DNA of 64,000 nucleotides from Shigella phage ESh28: sequence record ON528738, one strand, 5' to 3'. A model generated the notes under the pieces. It did not search any database. It was not told the origin of the DNA and worked only from the letters and a program-made list of their open reading frames with translations. Positions 44,985-54,876 of the stretch are shown here, piece by piece. The number at the start of each line of letters is the position of its first letter. Within the stretch, counting starts at the first letter, position 1. The translations under genes were made by a program, and so were the position numbers.

Positions 44985-45197
44985 ATGTTAAATCGCTGGA
45001 TTAAACCAAATGAAGACCTCCAGAAGGTTCTTGATAAAGCTATCTCTGATAAATGGGGTATGAAAAGCTGGGATTGTGATGTCGTTACGCATTCATTCAT
45101 GATGCATGCAGATGGTTCAGTCGAGTTCAATGCTGAAATGCGATACACTGACTGGGGTGGATTTCAAAGAGTCGAATTTCAAAGAGGCTTTTTATAA
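44985..45197 (+). CDS. hypothetical protein, 70 aa
   Basis: Track ORF with gaggagag RBS. Confidence 0.5.
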   Translation: MLNRWIKPNEDLQKVLDKAISDKWGMKSWDCDVVTHSFMMHADGSVEFNAEMRYTDWGGFQRVEFQRGFL

Positions 45198-45529
45198 TGT
45201 TTATCTTTAATTGGTTTAAAAGTTTCTTTACGGATTTTTTCTCTACAACTCCTGGAGAAGGTGTAGTTCCTATTTCAAATGACTATCTTCCTTTAACTGT
45301 AGTTGAATATGTTTATATGGGAGATGGAACAGTAGAAGCAGTCACTATGACTTACGAAGAAGCCCAAGAATATTATAAAAATCCTTGGCGATGGTCAGTA
45401 CCTGCATCTTCTAACGAAGTTAAAAGTTCTAATTCTTCATATGATACAAATGTCCCTGTTCACATATGGGCAGGTGATTCATGCGGAAGTTCTTGTGATT
45501 CTAGTTGTTCATCTACATCTTGCGATTGA
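45197..45529 (+). CDS. hypothetical protein with Cys/Ser-rich C-terminal tail, 110 aa
   Basis: Track ORF; hydrophobic N-terminus and C-terminal [15 protein letters not shown]. Confidence 0.5.
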   Translation: MFIFNWFKSFFTDFFSTTPGEGVVPISNDYLPLTVVEYVYMGDGTVEAVTMTYEEAQEYYKNPWRWSVPASSNEVKSSNSSYDTNVPVHIWAGDSCGSSCDSSCSSTSCD

Positions 45530-45537
45530 GGAAAATT

Positions 45538-46023
45538 ATGGAAGCAATTTTGTTTGAAATGTATATTAGCAGTAATAGTATGTCGTTTGCTAAAGACGTT
45601 CCAATTACAGTAGCAGTAATGATTGATAAAAGATATGACAATAACATGTATCTAGTAGAAGATTTTATTTCAATGCCAGTTCCAGAAGATGTTGAAATAA
45701 AACTTAAAAAGATCGGAATTATTGAAACTGTACAAAATTCTCCATTTATGTCAATTCAAGCATTTACTAAATCTAGCTATATTGATGTTAGTGAAGCATA
45801 TTATAATAATAAACCATTGTCCTTCTATTCATATGATTCAATATATGACTGGAAAATAGATAAGGGAAATAAATTTATAATTACGGACGAAAGTGCGCTA
45901 TCATATTTTATTACCTCTTTATGGAATAATTTAAATCCAAATTTGCTAAAAATTCATGAATTTGACGATGCTCCTACTATTGTTTTAGGTAAAACAAATG
46001 AAAGTTCTGAAGAAAATGTTTGA
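45538..46023 (+). CDS. hypothetical protein, 161 aa (length equals T4 mrh)
   Basis: Track ORF 45505..46023 trimmed to ATG after gaggaaaatt. Confidence 0.5.
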   Translation: MEAILFEMYISSNSMSFAKDVPITVAVMIDKRYDNNMYLVEDFISMPVPEDVEIKLKKIGIIETVQNSPFMSIQAFTKSSYIDVSEAYYNNKPLSFYSYDSIYDWKIDKGNKFIITDESALSYFITSLWNNLNPNLLKIHEFDDAPTIVLGKTNESSEENV

Positions 46024-46201
46024 ATGGTTCAATAGACCAAACTCAATGTATATTGATGATGGTTGGGTTGAACAGGCAAATAAAGAAATGCAGAACGAAT
46101 CAGAAGAATGGATGAAATCAATGATTAGTGCCGAGAAAGAAAAGAAATTAGAACGCTCAGCGCTTAAATTGATGAGAGACATCTATGGGGATAAATCATG
46201 A
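45998..46201 (+). CDS. hypothetical protein, 67 aa
   Basis: Track ORF overlapping end of previous gene; start uncertain (alternative ATG 46016). Confidence 0.4.
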   Translation: MKVLKKMFEWFNRPNSMYIDDGWVEQANKEMQNESEEWMKSMISAEKEKKLERSALKLMRDIYGDKS

Positions 46202-46362
46202 ACAGAGATATGACGTTAGAAGAGGCTAAAGCTAAAGCAAATGAAGCATTGGATTTGCTTCTTAAAATCGGTAGTAAAATGATGGAAGAAAATGAGAAAT
46301 ATATCCAGGAAAACAAAATTCCTGACGGCCCGTTAGTAGGCAAGAGGAAATCACATGATTGA
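46198..46362 (+). CDS. hypothetical protein, 54 aa (below track cutoff)
   Basis: ATGA overlap with previous stop; overlaps next start. Confidence 0.35.
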   Translation: MNRDMTLEEAKAKANEALDLLLKIGSKMMEENEKYIQENKIPDGPLVGKRKSHD

Positions 46363-46825
46363 AGTAGCAAAACATTATTCAATAGAATTTATGTCTAAAG
46401 AAGGTAAATCAGTAAATACGCTTGATAAAAAGTGCTCATTAATTATTCCTTTAGCAGAAAATCCAGATCTTTTAATTAAAGATATAAAAGAAAGAAAATA
46501 TCCAGAAAATGTTATTCTAATTATAAAGCATACTGAAGATATTTTGCAGAATACAGATTCACCATTTTCTTCTTCTGAAGCTTTAACTATTAAAGGCTAT
46601 AAAAGAGCTCATGAATATGGTCTTTTTGACATGTTTGAAGACGATAAAGTTAAATTAGCGAGTCAACCTTCTAAAAGTAAAACATTCATTATTGAAGATA
46701 TTAAAGATATAAATGCATTTGTTAAGATGGTCTGGGCTCATTTTGACGTTGGACTACGCTGGAGAATGTCCGAAGAAGAAAGAAAGATTATTGAAGCTAA
46801 TCGTTATTTTGGTTTTTATCGTTAG
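46355..46825 (+). CDS. hypothetical protein, 156 aa
   Basis: Track ORF with agagga RBS. Confidence 0.5.
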   Translation: MIEVAKHYSIEFMSKEGKSVNTLDKKCSLIIPLAENPDLLIKDIKERKYPENVILIIKHTEDILQNTDSPFSSSEALTIKGYKRAHEYGLFDMFEDDKVKLASQPSKSKTFIIEDIKDINAFVKMVWAHFDVGLRWRMSEEERKIIEANRYFGFYR

Positions 46826-46833
46826 GAATTAGT

Positions 46834-47016
46834 ATGGATTTATTTGAGATGTTAGAAGATAATCATTCTACGAATATCCAGAATGATTCTAGTGATTATA
46901 AGAAAGAGTACCGTATAGTATTACAGAATTATGGAATTGAAGCCCCAGACGCTCTTCTAGAAGAACTAGCTTCATACCATCTTGACCCTCCGCCCTGGGC
47001 TCCCTGGGCAAAATAA
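46834..47016 (+). CDS. hypothetical protein, 60 aa
   Basis: Track ORF; GC-rich 3' end encoding LDPPPWAPWAK. Confidence 0.45.
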   Translation: MDLFEMLEDNHSTNIQNDSSDYKKEYRIVLQNYGIEAPDALLEELASYHLDPPPWAPWAK

Positions 47017-47025
47017 TTCAAAAAG

Positions 47026-47059
47026 TTGTTTACTTTCCTTTCTAACGATGATATGATAG
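47026..47059 (+). promoter_or_regulatory. T4-type early promoter
   Basis: gtttac 47028-47033, tatgat -10 at 47052-47057. Confidence 0.5.
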
Positions 47060-47083
47060 CTTCTGAAGTATACGGAGGCTATC

Positions 47084-47707
47084 ATGATTATTAATCCTGT
47101 AGATGTTGAACAATTATCTATAAAAGCTGAAAGCGTTGATTTTCAATATGATATGTATAAAAAGGTCTGTGAAAAATTTACTGACTTCGAGCAGTCAGTT
47201 CTTTGGCAATGTATGGAAGCTAAAAAGAATGAAGCTCTTCACCGGCAGTTGAATAAAATCATTAAAAAGCATTTAACTAAATCACCTTATCAGCTATATC
47301 GTGGTATATCAAAATCGACAAAAGAGCTCATTAAAGGTTTACAAGTTGGAGAAGTGTTTTCAACGAACAGAGTAGATTCATTTACTACTAGTTTGCATAC
47401 AGCGTGTTCTTTTTCTTATGCTGAATATTTTACTGAAACAATACTTCGCTTAAAAACTGATAAAGCTTTTAATTACTCTGACCATATCAGCGATATTATA
47501 CTTTCTTCTCCTAATACTGAGTTTAAGTATACATATGAAGATACTGATGGATTAGATTCAGAACGTACTGATAACTTAATGATGATTGTGCGTGAACAAG
47601 AATGGATGATTCCAATTGGAAAGTATAAAATAACTTCTATTTCAAAAGAAAAATTACACGATTCATTTGGAACATTTAAAGTGTATGATATTGAGGTAGT
47701 TGAATGA
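47084..47707 (+). CDS. modB: ADP-ribosyltransferase ModB
   Basis: 207 aa; R-S-E ART motifs (YRG, TTS, EQEWMIP); length and order match T4 modB. Confidence 0.65.
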   Translation: MIINPVDVEQLSIKAESVDFQYDMYKKVCEKFTDFEQSVLWQCMEAKKNEALHRQLNKIIKKHLTKSPYQLYRGISKSTKELIKGLQVGEVFSTNRVDSFTTSLHTACSFSYAEYFTETILRLKTDKAFNYSDHISDIILSSPNTEFKYTYEDTDGLDSERTDNLMMIVREQEWMIPIGKYKITSISKEKLHDSFGTFKVYDIEVVE

Positions 47708-48306
47708 AATATTCAGCAATGCAATTAAAAGATTTTAAAATCAAATCAATGGATGCATCTGTGCGTGCTTCTATTCGTGAAGAATTACTTTCTGAAGGAT
47801 TTAATTTATCTGAAATTGAACTTTTAATTCATTGTATTACTAATAAGCCAGACGATCATTCTTGGTTAAATGAAATAATCAAATCTCGTTTGGTTCCAAA
47901 CGATAAACCTCTTTGGAGAGGTGTTCCAGCTGAGACTAAGCAGGTGTTAAATCAAGGAATTGATATTATTACATTTGATAAAGTCGTATCAGCTTCATAT
48001 GATAAAAATATAGCTCTACATTTTGCTTCTGGATTAGAATACAATACACAAGTTATTTTTGAATTCAAAGCTCCTATGGTATTTAATTTCCAGGAGTATG
48101 CTATAAAAGCTCTACGTTGTAAAGAATACAGTCCAAGTTTTAAATTTCCGGATAGCCATCGTTATCGTAATATGGAATTAGTTTCAGATGAACAGGAAGT
48201 AATGATACCAGCTGGAAGTGTATTTAGAATTGCGGATAGATATGAGTATAAAAAGTATTCAACATACACTATCTATACTCTTGATTTTGAAAGATTTAAT
48301 CTATAA
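47704..48306 (+). CDS. modA: ADP-ribosyltransferase ModA
   Basis: 200 aa; R-S-E ART motifs (WRG, SAS, EQEVMIP); length and order match T4 modA. Confidence 0.65.
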   Translation: MKYSAMQLKDFKIKSMDASVRASIREELLSEGFNLSEIELLIHCITNKPDDHSWLNEIIKSRLVPNDKPLWRGVPAETKQVLNQGIDIITFDKVVSASYDKNIALHFASGLEYNTQVIFEFKAPMVFNFQEYAIKALRCKEYSPSFKFPDSHRYRNMELVSDEQEVMIPAGSVFRIADRYEYKKYSTYTIYTLDFERFNL

Positions 48307-48360
48307 TGGAAGGACTTAGATTCATTATACCATGAAAGTTTTAAAGCATTTTTCATAAAG

Positions 48361-48394
48361 TTGTTTACAAGCTGAAGTAAAAATGATATAGTAT
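48361..48394 (+). promoter_or_regulatory. T4-type early promoter
   Basis: gtttac 48363-48368, tatagt -10 at 48387-48392. Confidence 0.5.
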
Positions 48395-48421
48395 AAGTAG
48401 TTAACCGTCCGTGAGAAAAAT

Positions 48422-49168
48422 ATGAAACTGTCTAAAAATCAAATTCGTAAAATTACACGTCGTTTAGAGCACACTCAGGCATCGGCTAAAAGACGTTCTA
48501 AAGATTTTAACTTAGACTTCAATTACATTAAGAACATTTTAGATCAGAAAGTTTGCGCTTACTCGGGAGAACCTTTTGATAATCGTATTGAAGGAGAGAA
48601 ATTATCGTTAGAACGTTTTGATAATAACATTGGATACATTAAAGGGAATGTTATTGCAGTAAAGAAAAAGTATAATACATTTCGTTCTGATTATACTTTA
48701 GAAGAGTTGATTGAAAAGCGTGATTTATTTGCTTTGCGAATTGGTCGTTCATCTGCGAAAAAAGTTCATAAACTAAATTTAGATGAAAAGAAATGGGCTA
48801 AAATCAAAAAGACTTATAATCAAATTAAAGCTATACAGAAAAAGCGTGAAAATCGAATTGAACACATTTCTCAGCTTTCTAAATCAAAACAAACTTCTGA
48901 CGTTAAGCTAACGATTATAGCACTTAAAGCTCGTATTGATGGTTCTCGTATAGCAGAAGGCGCTGAAGTTGTTAAATTGAACGTTCTTCTTAAAGGCTCG
49001 GATTGGAAAATTGTGAAAAAGTTGTCAGAAGCAGAAATGCAATATGATATGTGTGATAAAATTATTCAAGGTGTAGAGCGGTATCAAAACTTATCATTTA
49101 TTGATAAACTCAAATTAAAAAGAGGATACCCGCTAAACTGTTCAATTTTTAAACTTATCCGAGGATAA
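48422..49168 (+). CDS. hypothetical protein, 248 aa (T4 srd position)
   Basis: Track ORF; position between modA and dda; identity to Srd unverified. Confidence 0.5.
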   Translation: MKLSKNQIRKITRRLEHTQASAKRRSKDFNLDFNYIKNILDQKVCAYSGEPFDNRIEGEKLSLERFDNNIGYIKGNVIAVKKKYNTFRSDYTLEELIEKRDLFALRIGRSSAKKVHKLNLDEKKWAKIKKTYNQIKAIQKKRENRIEHISQLSKSKQTSDVKLTIIALKARIDGSRIAEGAEVVKLNVLLKGSDWKIVKKLSEAEMQYDMCDKIIQGVERYQNLSFIDKLKLKRGYPLNCSIFKLIRG

Positions 49169-49169
49169 T

Positions 49170-49481
49170 ATGGTTTATGTATATGCGATAGTTTACCGAG
49201 ACAAAGACGGATTTACGGCGCCAGTTCCACTTGATGAACATCGTCCTGCTGTATTTTTTGAATGGAATATTGCTGATAAAGTATTTACCACTCTTAAAGA
49301 GCAGTATCAATTAGCTTTAGGTAAGGGAATTCCAAGATTAGTTGAGACTCCACGTAAATTTTGGTTTAATAAAATAGAAGTTAAACATGTTAAGCCTGAC
49401 GTAGACACACAAAGATTATATCAGCGAATTTTAGATACTGGGCGTATTGTTAGTATACCAATTGCAGGGAATTTACGATGA
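49170..49481 (+). CDS. hypothetical protein, 103 aa
   Basis: Track ORF; ATGA overlap with dda. Confidence 0.5.
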   Translation: MVYVYAIVYRDKDGFTAPVPLDEHRPAVFFEWNIADKVFTTLKEQYQLALGKGIPRLVETPRKFWFNKIEVKHVKPDVDTQRLYQRILDTGRIVSIPIAGNLR

Positions 49482-50797
49482 CATTTGATGATTTGACCGA
49501 AGGCCAGAAAAATGCCTTTAACATCGTTATGAGGGCTATTAAAGAAAAGAAACATCATGTAACTATTAATGGACCTGCTGGTACTGGTAAGACTACTCTT
49601 ACTAAGTTCATCATTGAAGCTTTAATATCAACAGGCGAAACTGGTATCATTTTGGCAGCTCCTACACATGCAGCTAAAAAGATTCTTTCAAAACTGTCGG
49701 GGAAAGAAGCGAGTACTATTCACAGTATTCTTAAAATTAACCCAGTTACGTATGAAGAAAACGTTCTTTTTGAACAGAAGGAAGTACCAGATTTAGCTAA
49801 ATGCAGGGTATTAATCTGCGACGAAGTGTCAATGTATGATAGAAAGCTATTTAAAATTCTGCTTTCAACTATTCCACCTTGGTGTACTATAATTGGAATA
49901 GGTGATAATAAGCAAATTAGACCTGTTGATCCAGGAGAAAATACTGCTTATATCAGTCCATTCTTTACACACAAAGATTTTTATCAGTGTGAACTTACTG
50001 AAGTTAAACGCAGTAATGCTCCTATTATTGATGTAGCTACTGATGTTCGCAACGGTAAGTGGATTTATGATAAAGTTGTTGACGGGCATGGAGTACGTGG
50101 ATTTACTGGTGATACCGCTTTACGCGATTTTATGGTAAATTATTTTTCAATTGTCAAATCTTTAGATGATTTGTTTGAAAATCGCGTAATGGCATTTACG
50201 AATAAATCTGTTGATAAGTTAAATAGCATTATTCGTAAAAAGATTTTTGAAACTGATAAAGATTTTATTGTCGGTGAAATTATTGTAATGCAGGAACCAT
50301 TAATTAAAACATATAAAATTGATGGAAAGCCTGTGTCAGAAATTATTTTTAATAACGGACAATTAGTTCGTATTATAGAAGCAGAGTATACATCAACCTT
50401 TGTTAAAGCTCGTGGTGTTTCTGGAGAATATCTAATTCGTCATTGGGATTTAACAGTAGAAACTTACGGCGATGATGAATATTATCGTGAAAAGATTAAA
50501 ATAATTTCATCTGATGAAGAACTGTATAAGTTTAACTTATTTTTAGGTAAAACGGCAGAAACTTATAAAAATTGGAACAAAGGCGGAAAAGCTCCATGGA
50601 GTGATTTTTGGGATGCTAAATCACAGTTTAGTAAAGTGAAAGCACTTCCTGCATCAACATTCCATAAAGCGCAGGGCATGTCTGTAGACCGTGCTTTCAT
50701 TTATACGCCTTGTATTCATTATGCAGATGCTGAATTGGCTCAACAACTTCTTTATGTTGGTGTTACCCGTGGTCGTTATGATGTGTTTTATGTGTGA
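49478..50797 (+). CDS. dda: DNA helicase Dda (SF1B)
   Basis: 439 aa; Walker A GPAGTGKTT, helicase motifs; matches T4 Dda. Confidence 0.9.
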   Translation: MTFDDLTEGQKNAFNIVMRAIKEKKHHVTINGPAGTGKTTLTKFIIEALISTGETGIILAAPTHAAKKILSKLSGKEASTIHSILKINPVTYEENVLFEQKEVPDLAKCRVLICDEVSMYDRKLFKILLSTIPPWCTIIGIGDNKQIRPVDPGENTAYISPFFTHKDFYQCELTEVKRSNAPIIDVATDVRNGKWIYDKVVDGHGVRGFTGDTALRDFMVNYFSIVKSLDDLFENRVMAFTNKSVDKLNSIIRKKIFETDKDFIVGEIIVMQEPLIKTYKIDGKPVSEIIFNNGQLVRIIEAEYTSTFVKARGVSGEYLIRHWDLTVETYGDDEYYREKIKIISSDEELYKFNLFLGKTAETYKNWNKGGKAPWSDFWDAKSQFSKVKALPASTFHKAQGMSVDRAFIYTPCIHYADAELAQQLLYVGVTRGRYDVFYV

Positions 50798-50803
50798 GGC
50801 TAT

Positions 50804-51064
50804 ATGATTAACATCAATTCAAAATATTTAAATCGTCTAATAGATGGTATAAGGAAGCATACTAATAAGCAAGATAATCTTAATGTTATGGTAACAGGAG
50901 CTGAGCTCCTTCATAAGCTTTATCTTATAAGTGATACTATATTAGCAATTAAACGAATTGAAAAACAATCATATCACAGTAATACAGATACGGTAATTAC
51001 ACTAGATGAAAGTGTCTGTAAATTACTAATTAAATTTGAGGAAGCTATTCGTGGAAATAACTAA
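50804..51064 (+). CDS. hypothetical protein, 86 aa
   Basis: Track ORF. Confidence 0.5.
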   Translation: MININSKYLNRLIDGIRKHTNKQDNLNVMVTGAELLHKLYLISDTILAIKRIEKQSYHSNTDTVITLDESVCKLLIKFEEAIRGNN

Positions 51065-51296
51065 AGATCAGTTTTATCTTCTTCAGGATAAAGTTAGCGA
51101 AATTTATGAAATAGCTTATAGTAAAAATCGCAAAAACGTGAAAATTGAATCAGGCAAGTTAATGCTTCAATTGGAAGAAATTGAACGAGATTTGATTGCG
51201 TTAGAATTCTTTTGTGGTGAAGTAAAAACTGTTACAATCAGTGATTACATTTTAGGTGAAATTAGCCATCTTTATAAGGCGGTTATTAATGATTGA
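51051..51296 (+). CDS. hypothetical protein, about 81 aa
   Basis: Track ORF 51036..51296 (TTG) trimmed to GTG after gaggaag RBS; start uncertain. Confidence 0.4.
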   Translation: MEITKDQFYLLQDKVSEIYEIAYSKNRKNVKIESGKLMLQLEEIERDLIALEFFCGEVKTVTISDYILGEISHLYKAVIND

Positions 51297-51531
51297 ATTA
51301 AGTTGGTGTCAGTTTAAATCTCTTATGACAAATGTTAAAGCTGTCATTGAGAAAAATTCTGGTCCTGAAAATATTACTATTCGCGAAAAAGCTTTAAAGA
51401 TAATATACAGTCTTGAAGAGATGCAAAAAGATATTGAATCTATGGCAAAATTTATTGATGAACCTATTAATAAAGTTTATATTCAAGACTATACTGTAGG
51501 TCAAATTCGCGATTTAGCAAGGAAAATTTAA
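51289..51531 (+). CDS. hypothetical protein, 80 aa (paralog of previous ORF)
   Basis: Track ORF 51256..51531 (GTG) trimmed to ATG after aaggcgg; C-terminal ...YIQDYTVGQIRDL resembles previous ORF's ...TISDYILGEISHL. Confidence 0.4.
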   Translation: MIELSWCQFKSLMTNVKAVIEKNSGPENITIREKALKIIYSLEEMQKDIESMAKFIDEPINKVYIQDYTVGQIRDLARKI

Positions 51532-52214
51532 TGTTTGATTTTATTATAGATTTTGAAACAATGGGAAGTGGTGAAAAAGCAGCTGTTATTGATTTAGCTG
51601 TAATTGCTTTTGACCCTAACCCAGAAGTAGTTGAAACATTTGATGAATTAGTTTCACGCGGCATTAAAATCAAATTTGATTTAAAAAGCCAAAAAGGACA
51701 TCGTCTTTTTACTAAAAGCACTATCGAATGGTGGAAAAATCAGTCTCCTGAAGCTCGAAAAAATATTGCACCATCAGATGAAGATGTAAGCACCATCGAT
51801 GGTATTGCAAAATTTAATGATTACATCAATGCACATAATATCGATCCTTGGAAATCTCAAGGCTGGTGCCGTGGAATGTCGTTTGATTTTCCAATTTTAG
51901 TCGATCTCATTCGTGATATTCAACGTCTTAATGGTGTTTCTGAGAATGAGCTTGACACATTTAAGTTAGAACCATGTAAATTCTGGAATCAGCGTGATAT
52001 TCGTACCAGAATTGAAGCACTTCTGCTTGTTCGTGATATGACCACGTGTCCTCTTCCAAAAGGAACTTTAGATGGATTCGTTGCGCATGATTCTATTCAT
52101 GACTGTGCGAAAGACATCCTGATGATGAAGTATGCTTTGCGCTATGCTATGGGTCTTGAAGACGCTCCATCAGAGGAAGAATGCGATCCTCTGTCTCTTC
52201 CAACAAAACGATAA
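51531..52214 (+). CDS. dexA: exonuclease A DexA (DEDD 3'-5' exonuclease)
   Basis: 227 aa, MFDFIIDFETMG exo motif I; matches T4 DexA. Confidence 0.85.
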   Translation: MFDFIIDFETMGSGEKAAVIDLAVIAFDPNPEVVETFDELVSRGIKIKFDLKSQKGHRLFTKSTIEWWKNQSPEARKNIAPSDEDVSTIDGIAKFNDYINAHNIDPWKSQGWCRGMSFDFPILVDLIRDIQRLNGVSENELDTFKLEPCKFWNQRDIRTRIEALLLVRDMTTCPLPKGTLDGFVAHDSIHDCAKDILMMKYALRYAMGLEDAPSEEECDPLSLPTKR

Positions 52215-52218
52215 AAAG

Positions 52219-52252
52219 TTGTTTACTTCCTCGGTTAGTTGTGGTATTATAA
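52219..52252 (+). promoter_or_regulatory. T4-type early promoter
   Basis: gtttac 52221-52226, tggtattat 52242-52250. Confidence 0.55.
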
Positions 52253-52277
52253 CACCATAGCTACTGAGGATAATAAA

Positions 52278-52790
52278 ATGAAAATTTATCGTGTTGAATC
52301 ATCGTTTAGCGCATTAAATGATGATAGTGGTATAGTGAAAATTAGGCAAGAGTTGTGCGTTCAATCAACTCCTTATCGTGGATTTGATTCTATGAAAACT
52401 CGAACTTGGCTAAAATTTTGCGGTATTAATTCATCGTCATTTCATCATCATAGCGATAATTATGAAAGCCATGAAAGTATTCCTATTCCACACGATGATA
52501 AGTTATTAGTTGAAAATGCTAATGATGTTATTAAAACTAAATGGAATAAAGATTATTCACAATTTGAAAATTATATTCCGTTGTGGCTTATTGCATTATA
52601 TCATTTTGCTTTCGCTAGTGAATATGATATGATGAGATGGTTCACCCGAGAAGAGCGTGAAGACTTAAAAGATCGTGGAATGTACATTGCGATTTATGAA
52701 GTTCCTGAAGATGAAGTTATCATTGGCGGGCACCAAGTAATGTTCCGTAAATCCCATGCTGAACTTGTAGATTTTATTGAAATGAGATAA
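52278..52790 (+). CDS. hypothetical protein, 170 aa
   Basis: Track ORF 52239..52790 trimmed to ATG after ctgaggataat. Confidence 0.5.
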   Translation: MKIYRVESSFSALNDDSGIVKIRQELCVQSTPYRGFDSMKTRTWLKFCGINSSSFHHHSDNYESHESIPIPHDDKLLVENANDVIKTKWNKDYSQFENYIPLWLIALYHFAFASEYDMMRWFTREEREDLKDRGMYIAIYEVPEDEVIIGGHQVMFRKSHAELVDFIEMR

Positions 52791-52792
52791 TT

Positions 52793-53338
52793 ATGAAATT
52801 TAATTATAATCTTGAATACACACCGAATCCTGTAGATAAACTGATTGATTTTGATGTTATAAGCACTTATGTATGCCCTGTTAAACCACTGGAAATTAAG
52901 GAACCTACTATGACTACCGCTATTGAAATCGGCAAAACCTACAAACTGGTTGAACCTAAAATTAAAACTAATGCCTTGATTTCTGGTCATAAAACTCTGA
53001 CTGATGTTTTTGGCGAAGGCGAATTTATTGTTGAAGAATTTGCCAAAAGTGAGTGGTTTGACAAATCTTACGTCATCCACGGTCGCCGGTTAGATAATAA
53101 CAAAATAAAGAAAAACCTGGTTTATGAAGATGAGTTCATCCTGTTCCAAGAAGTTGAAGAACAAGACCCTACAGACCTGTTGTGTGCTGCTGTGTCTATC
53201 CGTCGTCCTTTTGATAATCCTATCTGTGGTTGGGTAACAGACCAGTGGATTGAAGATGGTGTTGAGCTTCTGAACGTTGTCCATGCAGGAGATTTTAGTG
53301 TAGTACCTCGTAGTGCGGTGGTAGCTATTTTGAATTAA
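52793..53338 (+). CDS. MotB-like paralog, 181 aa
   Basis: Track ORF; C-terminal ICGWVTDQWIEDGVELLNVVHAGDFSVVP parallels the next gene's MCGYITDQWVEDGVKLYNVVFLGTYKVIP. Confidence 0.55.
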   Translation: MKFNYNLEYTPNPVDKLIDFDVISTYVCPVKPLEIKEPTMTTAIEIGKTYKLVEPKIKTNALISGHKTLTDVFGEGEFIVEEFAKSEWFDKSYVIHGRRLDNNKIKKNLVYEDEFILFQEVEEQDPTDLLCAAVSIRRPFDNPICGWVTDQWIEDGVELLNVVHAGDFSVVPRSAVVAILN

Positions 53339-53372
53339 TAGTTTACAAACTCTTGGGACCAGAGTATAATGG
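53339..53372 (+). promoter_or_regulatory. T4-type early promoter
   Basis: gtttac 53341-53346, gagtataat -10 at 53362-53370 inside gggacca/tggtcct inverted repeat. Confidence 0.6.
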
Positions 53373-53414
53373 TCCTGTGGAGTATAAAATCTTTTTAACA
53401 AGTGAGAGATAACT

Positions 53415-53903
53415 ATGATTATTAATATTGGTGAAATTGCTCGTGTATCTGATAAATCCTGCTCTAAAGCAGCAGGAAAATTGGTCGAAATTGTAAGCAT
53501 TCAGCTTAAACACGGTGTTAAAGATGAAGATTCTGAAGTAAAAGTGCGTATCATTCCTAAAGATGGAAAGTCTAAACCTCAGTTTGGCTATGTTCGTGCG
53601 AAATTTCTTGAATCTGCGTTTTTGAAAGCTGTTCCCGCTAAAGGAATTGAAACGATTGATACTTCGCATGTAGGTGTAGACTTTAAGTGGAAACTCGGTC
53701 AAGCTATTAAGTTCATTGCTCCTTGTGAATTTAAATTTATCAAAGATGATGGAAAGGCTGCTTATACTCGCGCTATGTGTGGATACATTACCGATCAATG
53801 GGTAGAAGATGGCGTTAAGTTGTACAACGTGGTATTTTTAGGAACATACAAAGTCATTCCTGAAAGTTGGATTAAACACTATAGCAATGCTCTCTATGCA
53901 TAA
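53415..53903 (+). CDS. motB: probable MotB, 162 aa
   Basis: Length and position (own early promoter, between dexA and 39) match T4 motB; identity unverified. Confidence 0.5.
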   Translation: MIINIGEIARVSDKSCSKAAGKLVEIVSIQLKHGVKDEDSEVKVRIIPKDGKSKPQFGYVRAKFLESAFLKAVPAKGIETIDTSHVGVDFKWKLGQAIKFIAPCEFKFIKDDGKAAYTRAMCGYITDQWVEDGVKLYNVVFLGTYKVIPESWIKHYSNALYA

Positions 53904-53926
53904 AGTTTAAAATTTTTTCATAAAAC

Positions 53927-53960
53927 TATATACATCAGTAGTTGATTATGGTACTATATC
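53927..53960 (+). promoter_or_regulatory. possible early promoter with conserved leader cassette
   Basis: tggtactat -10 at 53950-53958 and leader caatatcaactactgata...ttggagaataaaATG as at 9100 and 35277; -35 weak. Confidence 0.4.
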
Positions 53961-54075
53961 AATATCAACTACTGATATAGAAAACAACTTGGAGAATAAA
54001 ATGGATAATTCGTTAAAGGTGCTGATACTCTTCTGAAACGCATCGCTCCAATGTTCAATTAATGAGGAAATTGTA

Positions 54076-54291
54076 ATGAAACGTAAAATTGTTCAGAACT
54101 GCACTAATGACGAATTTGAAGATGTATTATTTGATCCAGATTTGGTAGTAGTTCAAAAGGAACATACTAGCAAGTTTACTCACTTGACTTCTGTTTATGT
54201 GTATGAGAAAGTCGGTGATAAACAGCCAATTTACGGTGTATTTCGTGAAATTACTGAAGACGGCACAACTTACTGGAAGGAAATTTATTAA
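54076..54291 (+). CDS. hypothetical protein, 71 aa (length and position of T4 cef)
   Basis: Track ORF with gaggaaatt RBS. Confidence 0.5.
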   Translation: MKRKIVQNCTNDEFEDVLFDPDLVVVQKEHTSKFTHLTSVYVYEKVGDKQPIYGVFREITEDGTTYWKEIY

Positions 54292-54695
54292 TGGCTATTA
54301 AATTTGAAGTTAATAAATGGTATCAATTTAAAAATAAACAAGCTCAAGAAAATTTTATTAAAGACCATATTGATAACGGAATCTATGCACGACGTTTAGG
54401 TATGGAGCCTTTTAAAATTTTAGATGTTGACTATTACGGGCGTCCTACTAAAATTGTGACATCCACAGGTGTACTTAAACGTTGTGCCGGCGCTGATATC
54501 CTTGACGAAAACTTTATCTGGCTCTCTACTAACGAAGCTGAGTTCTTTAATGAAGTGGAAAATCCATACCAAGCTTCTGAAGAGCAAGAACAGATAGAAG
54601 ATTTCACAGAATTCCCGGTCATGAAAGTTACTATCGAAAATAACGACCAGGCATGGTCCTTGTATCAGATGTTGAAAGCTCACTTTAAGGAATAA
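54291..54695 (+). CDS. hypothetical protein, 134 aa
   Basis: Track ORF; TAATG overlap. Confidence 0.5.
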   Translation: MAIKFEVNKWYQFKNKQAQENFIKDHIDNGIYARRLGMEPFKILDVDYYGRPTKIVTSTGVLKRCAGADILDENFIWLSTNEAEFFNEVENPYQASEEQEQIEDFTEFPVMKVTIENNDQAWSLYQMLKAHFKE

Positions 54696-54697
54696 TT

Positions 54698-54874
54698 ATG
54701 CCAATGTATGATTATAAATGCCAATCCGAAGATTGCGGGCATGAATATGAAAAAATTAAAAAGATTTCTGAACGAGAAAATGATGTTTGCCCTAAATGTC
54801 ATCGTTTGTCTACTCGTCGGCCTTCTGCTCCTAAGCATGTGAATGGTGGTTTTTACGACTTACTTAAAGGGTGA
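54698..54874 (+). CDS. FmdB-like zinc-ribbon protein, 58 aa (below track cutoff)
   Basis: MPMYDYKCQSEDCGHEYE...CPKCH matches the FmdB-family putative regulatory zinc ribbon pattern. Confidence 0.5.
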   Translation: MPMYDYKCQSEDCGHEYEKIKKISERENDVCPKCHRLSTRRPSAPKHVNGGFYDLLKG

Positions 54875-54876
54875 TT

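Noticed and set aside
48422-49168. Possible HNH homing endonuclease in the 248-aa ORF (CAYSG...N motif)
   Set aside because: The catalytic His and a second Cys pair are not apparent; the ORF sits at the conserved srd position rather than as an insertion
53343-53798. Minus-strand 151-aa and 136-aa ORFs across the motB region
   Set aside because: Antisense to paralogous + strand genes that have their own promoter and RBS; translations are low complexity
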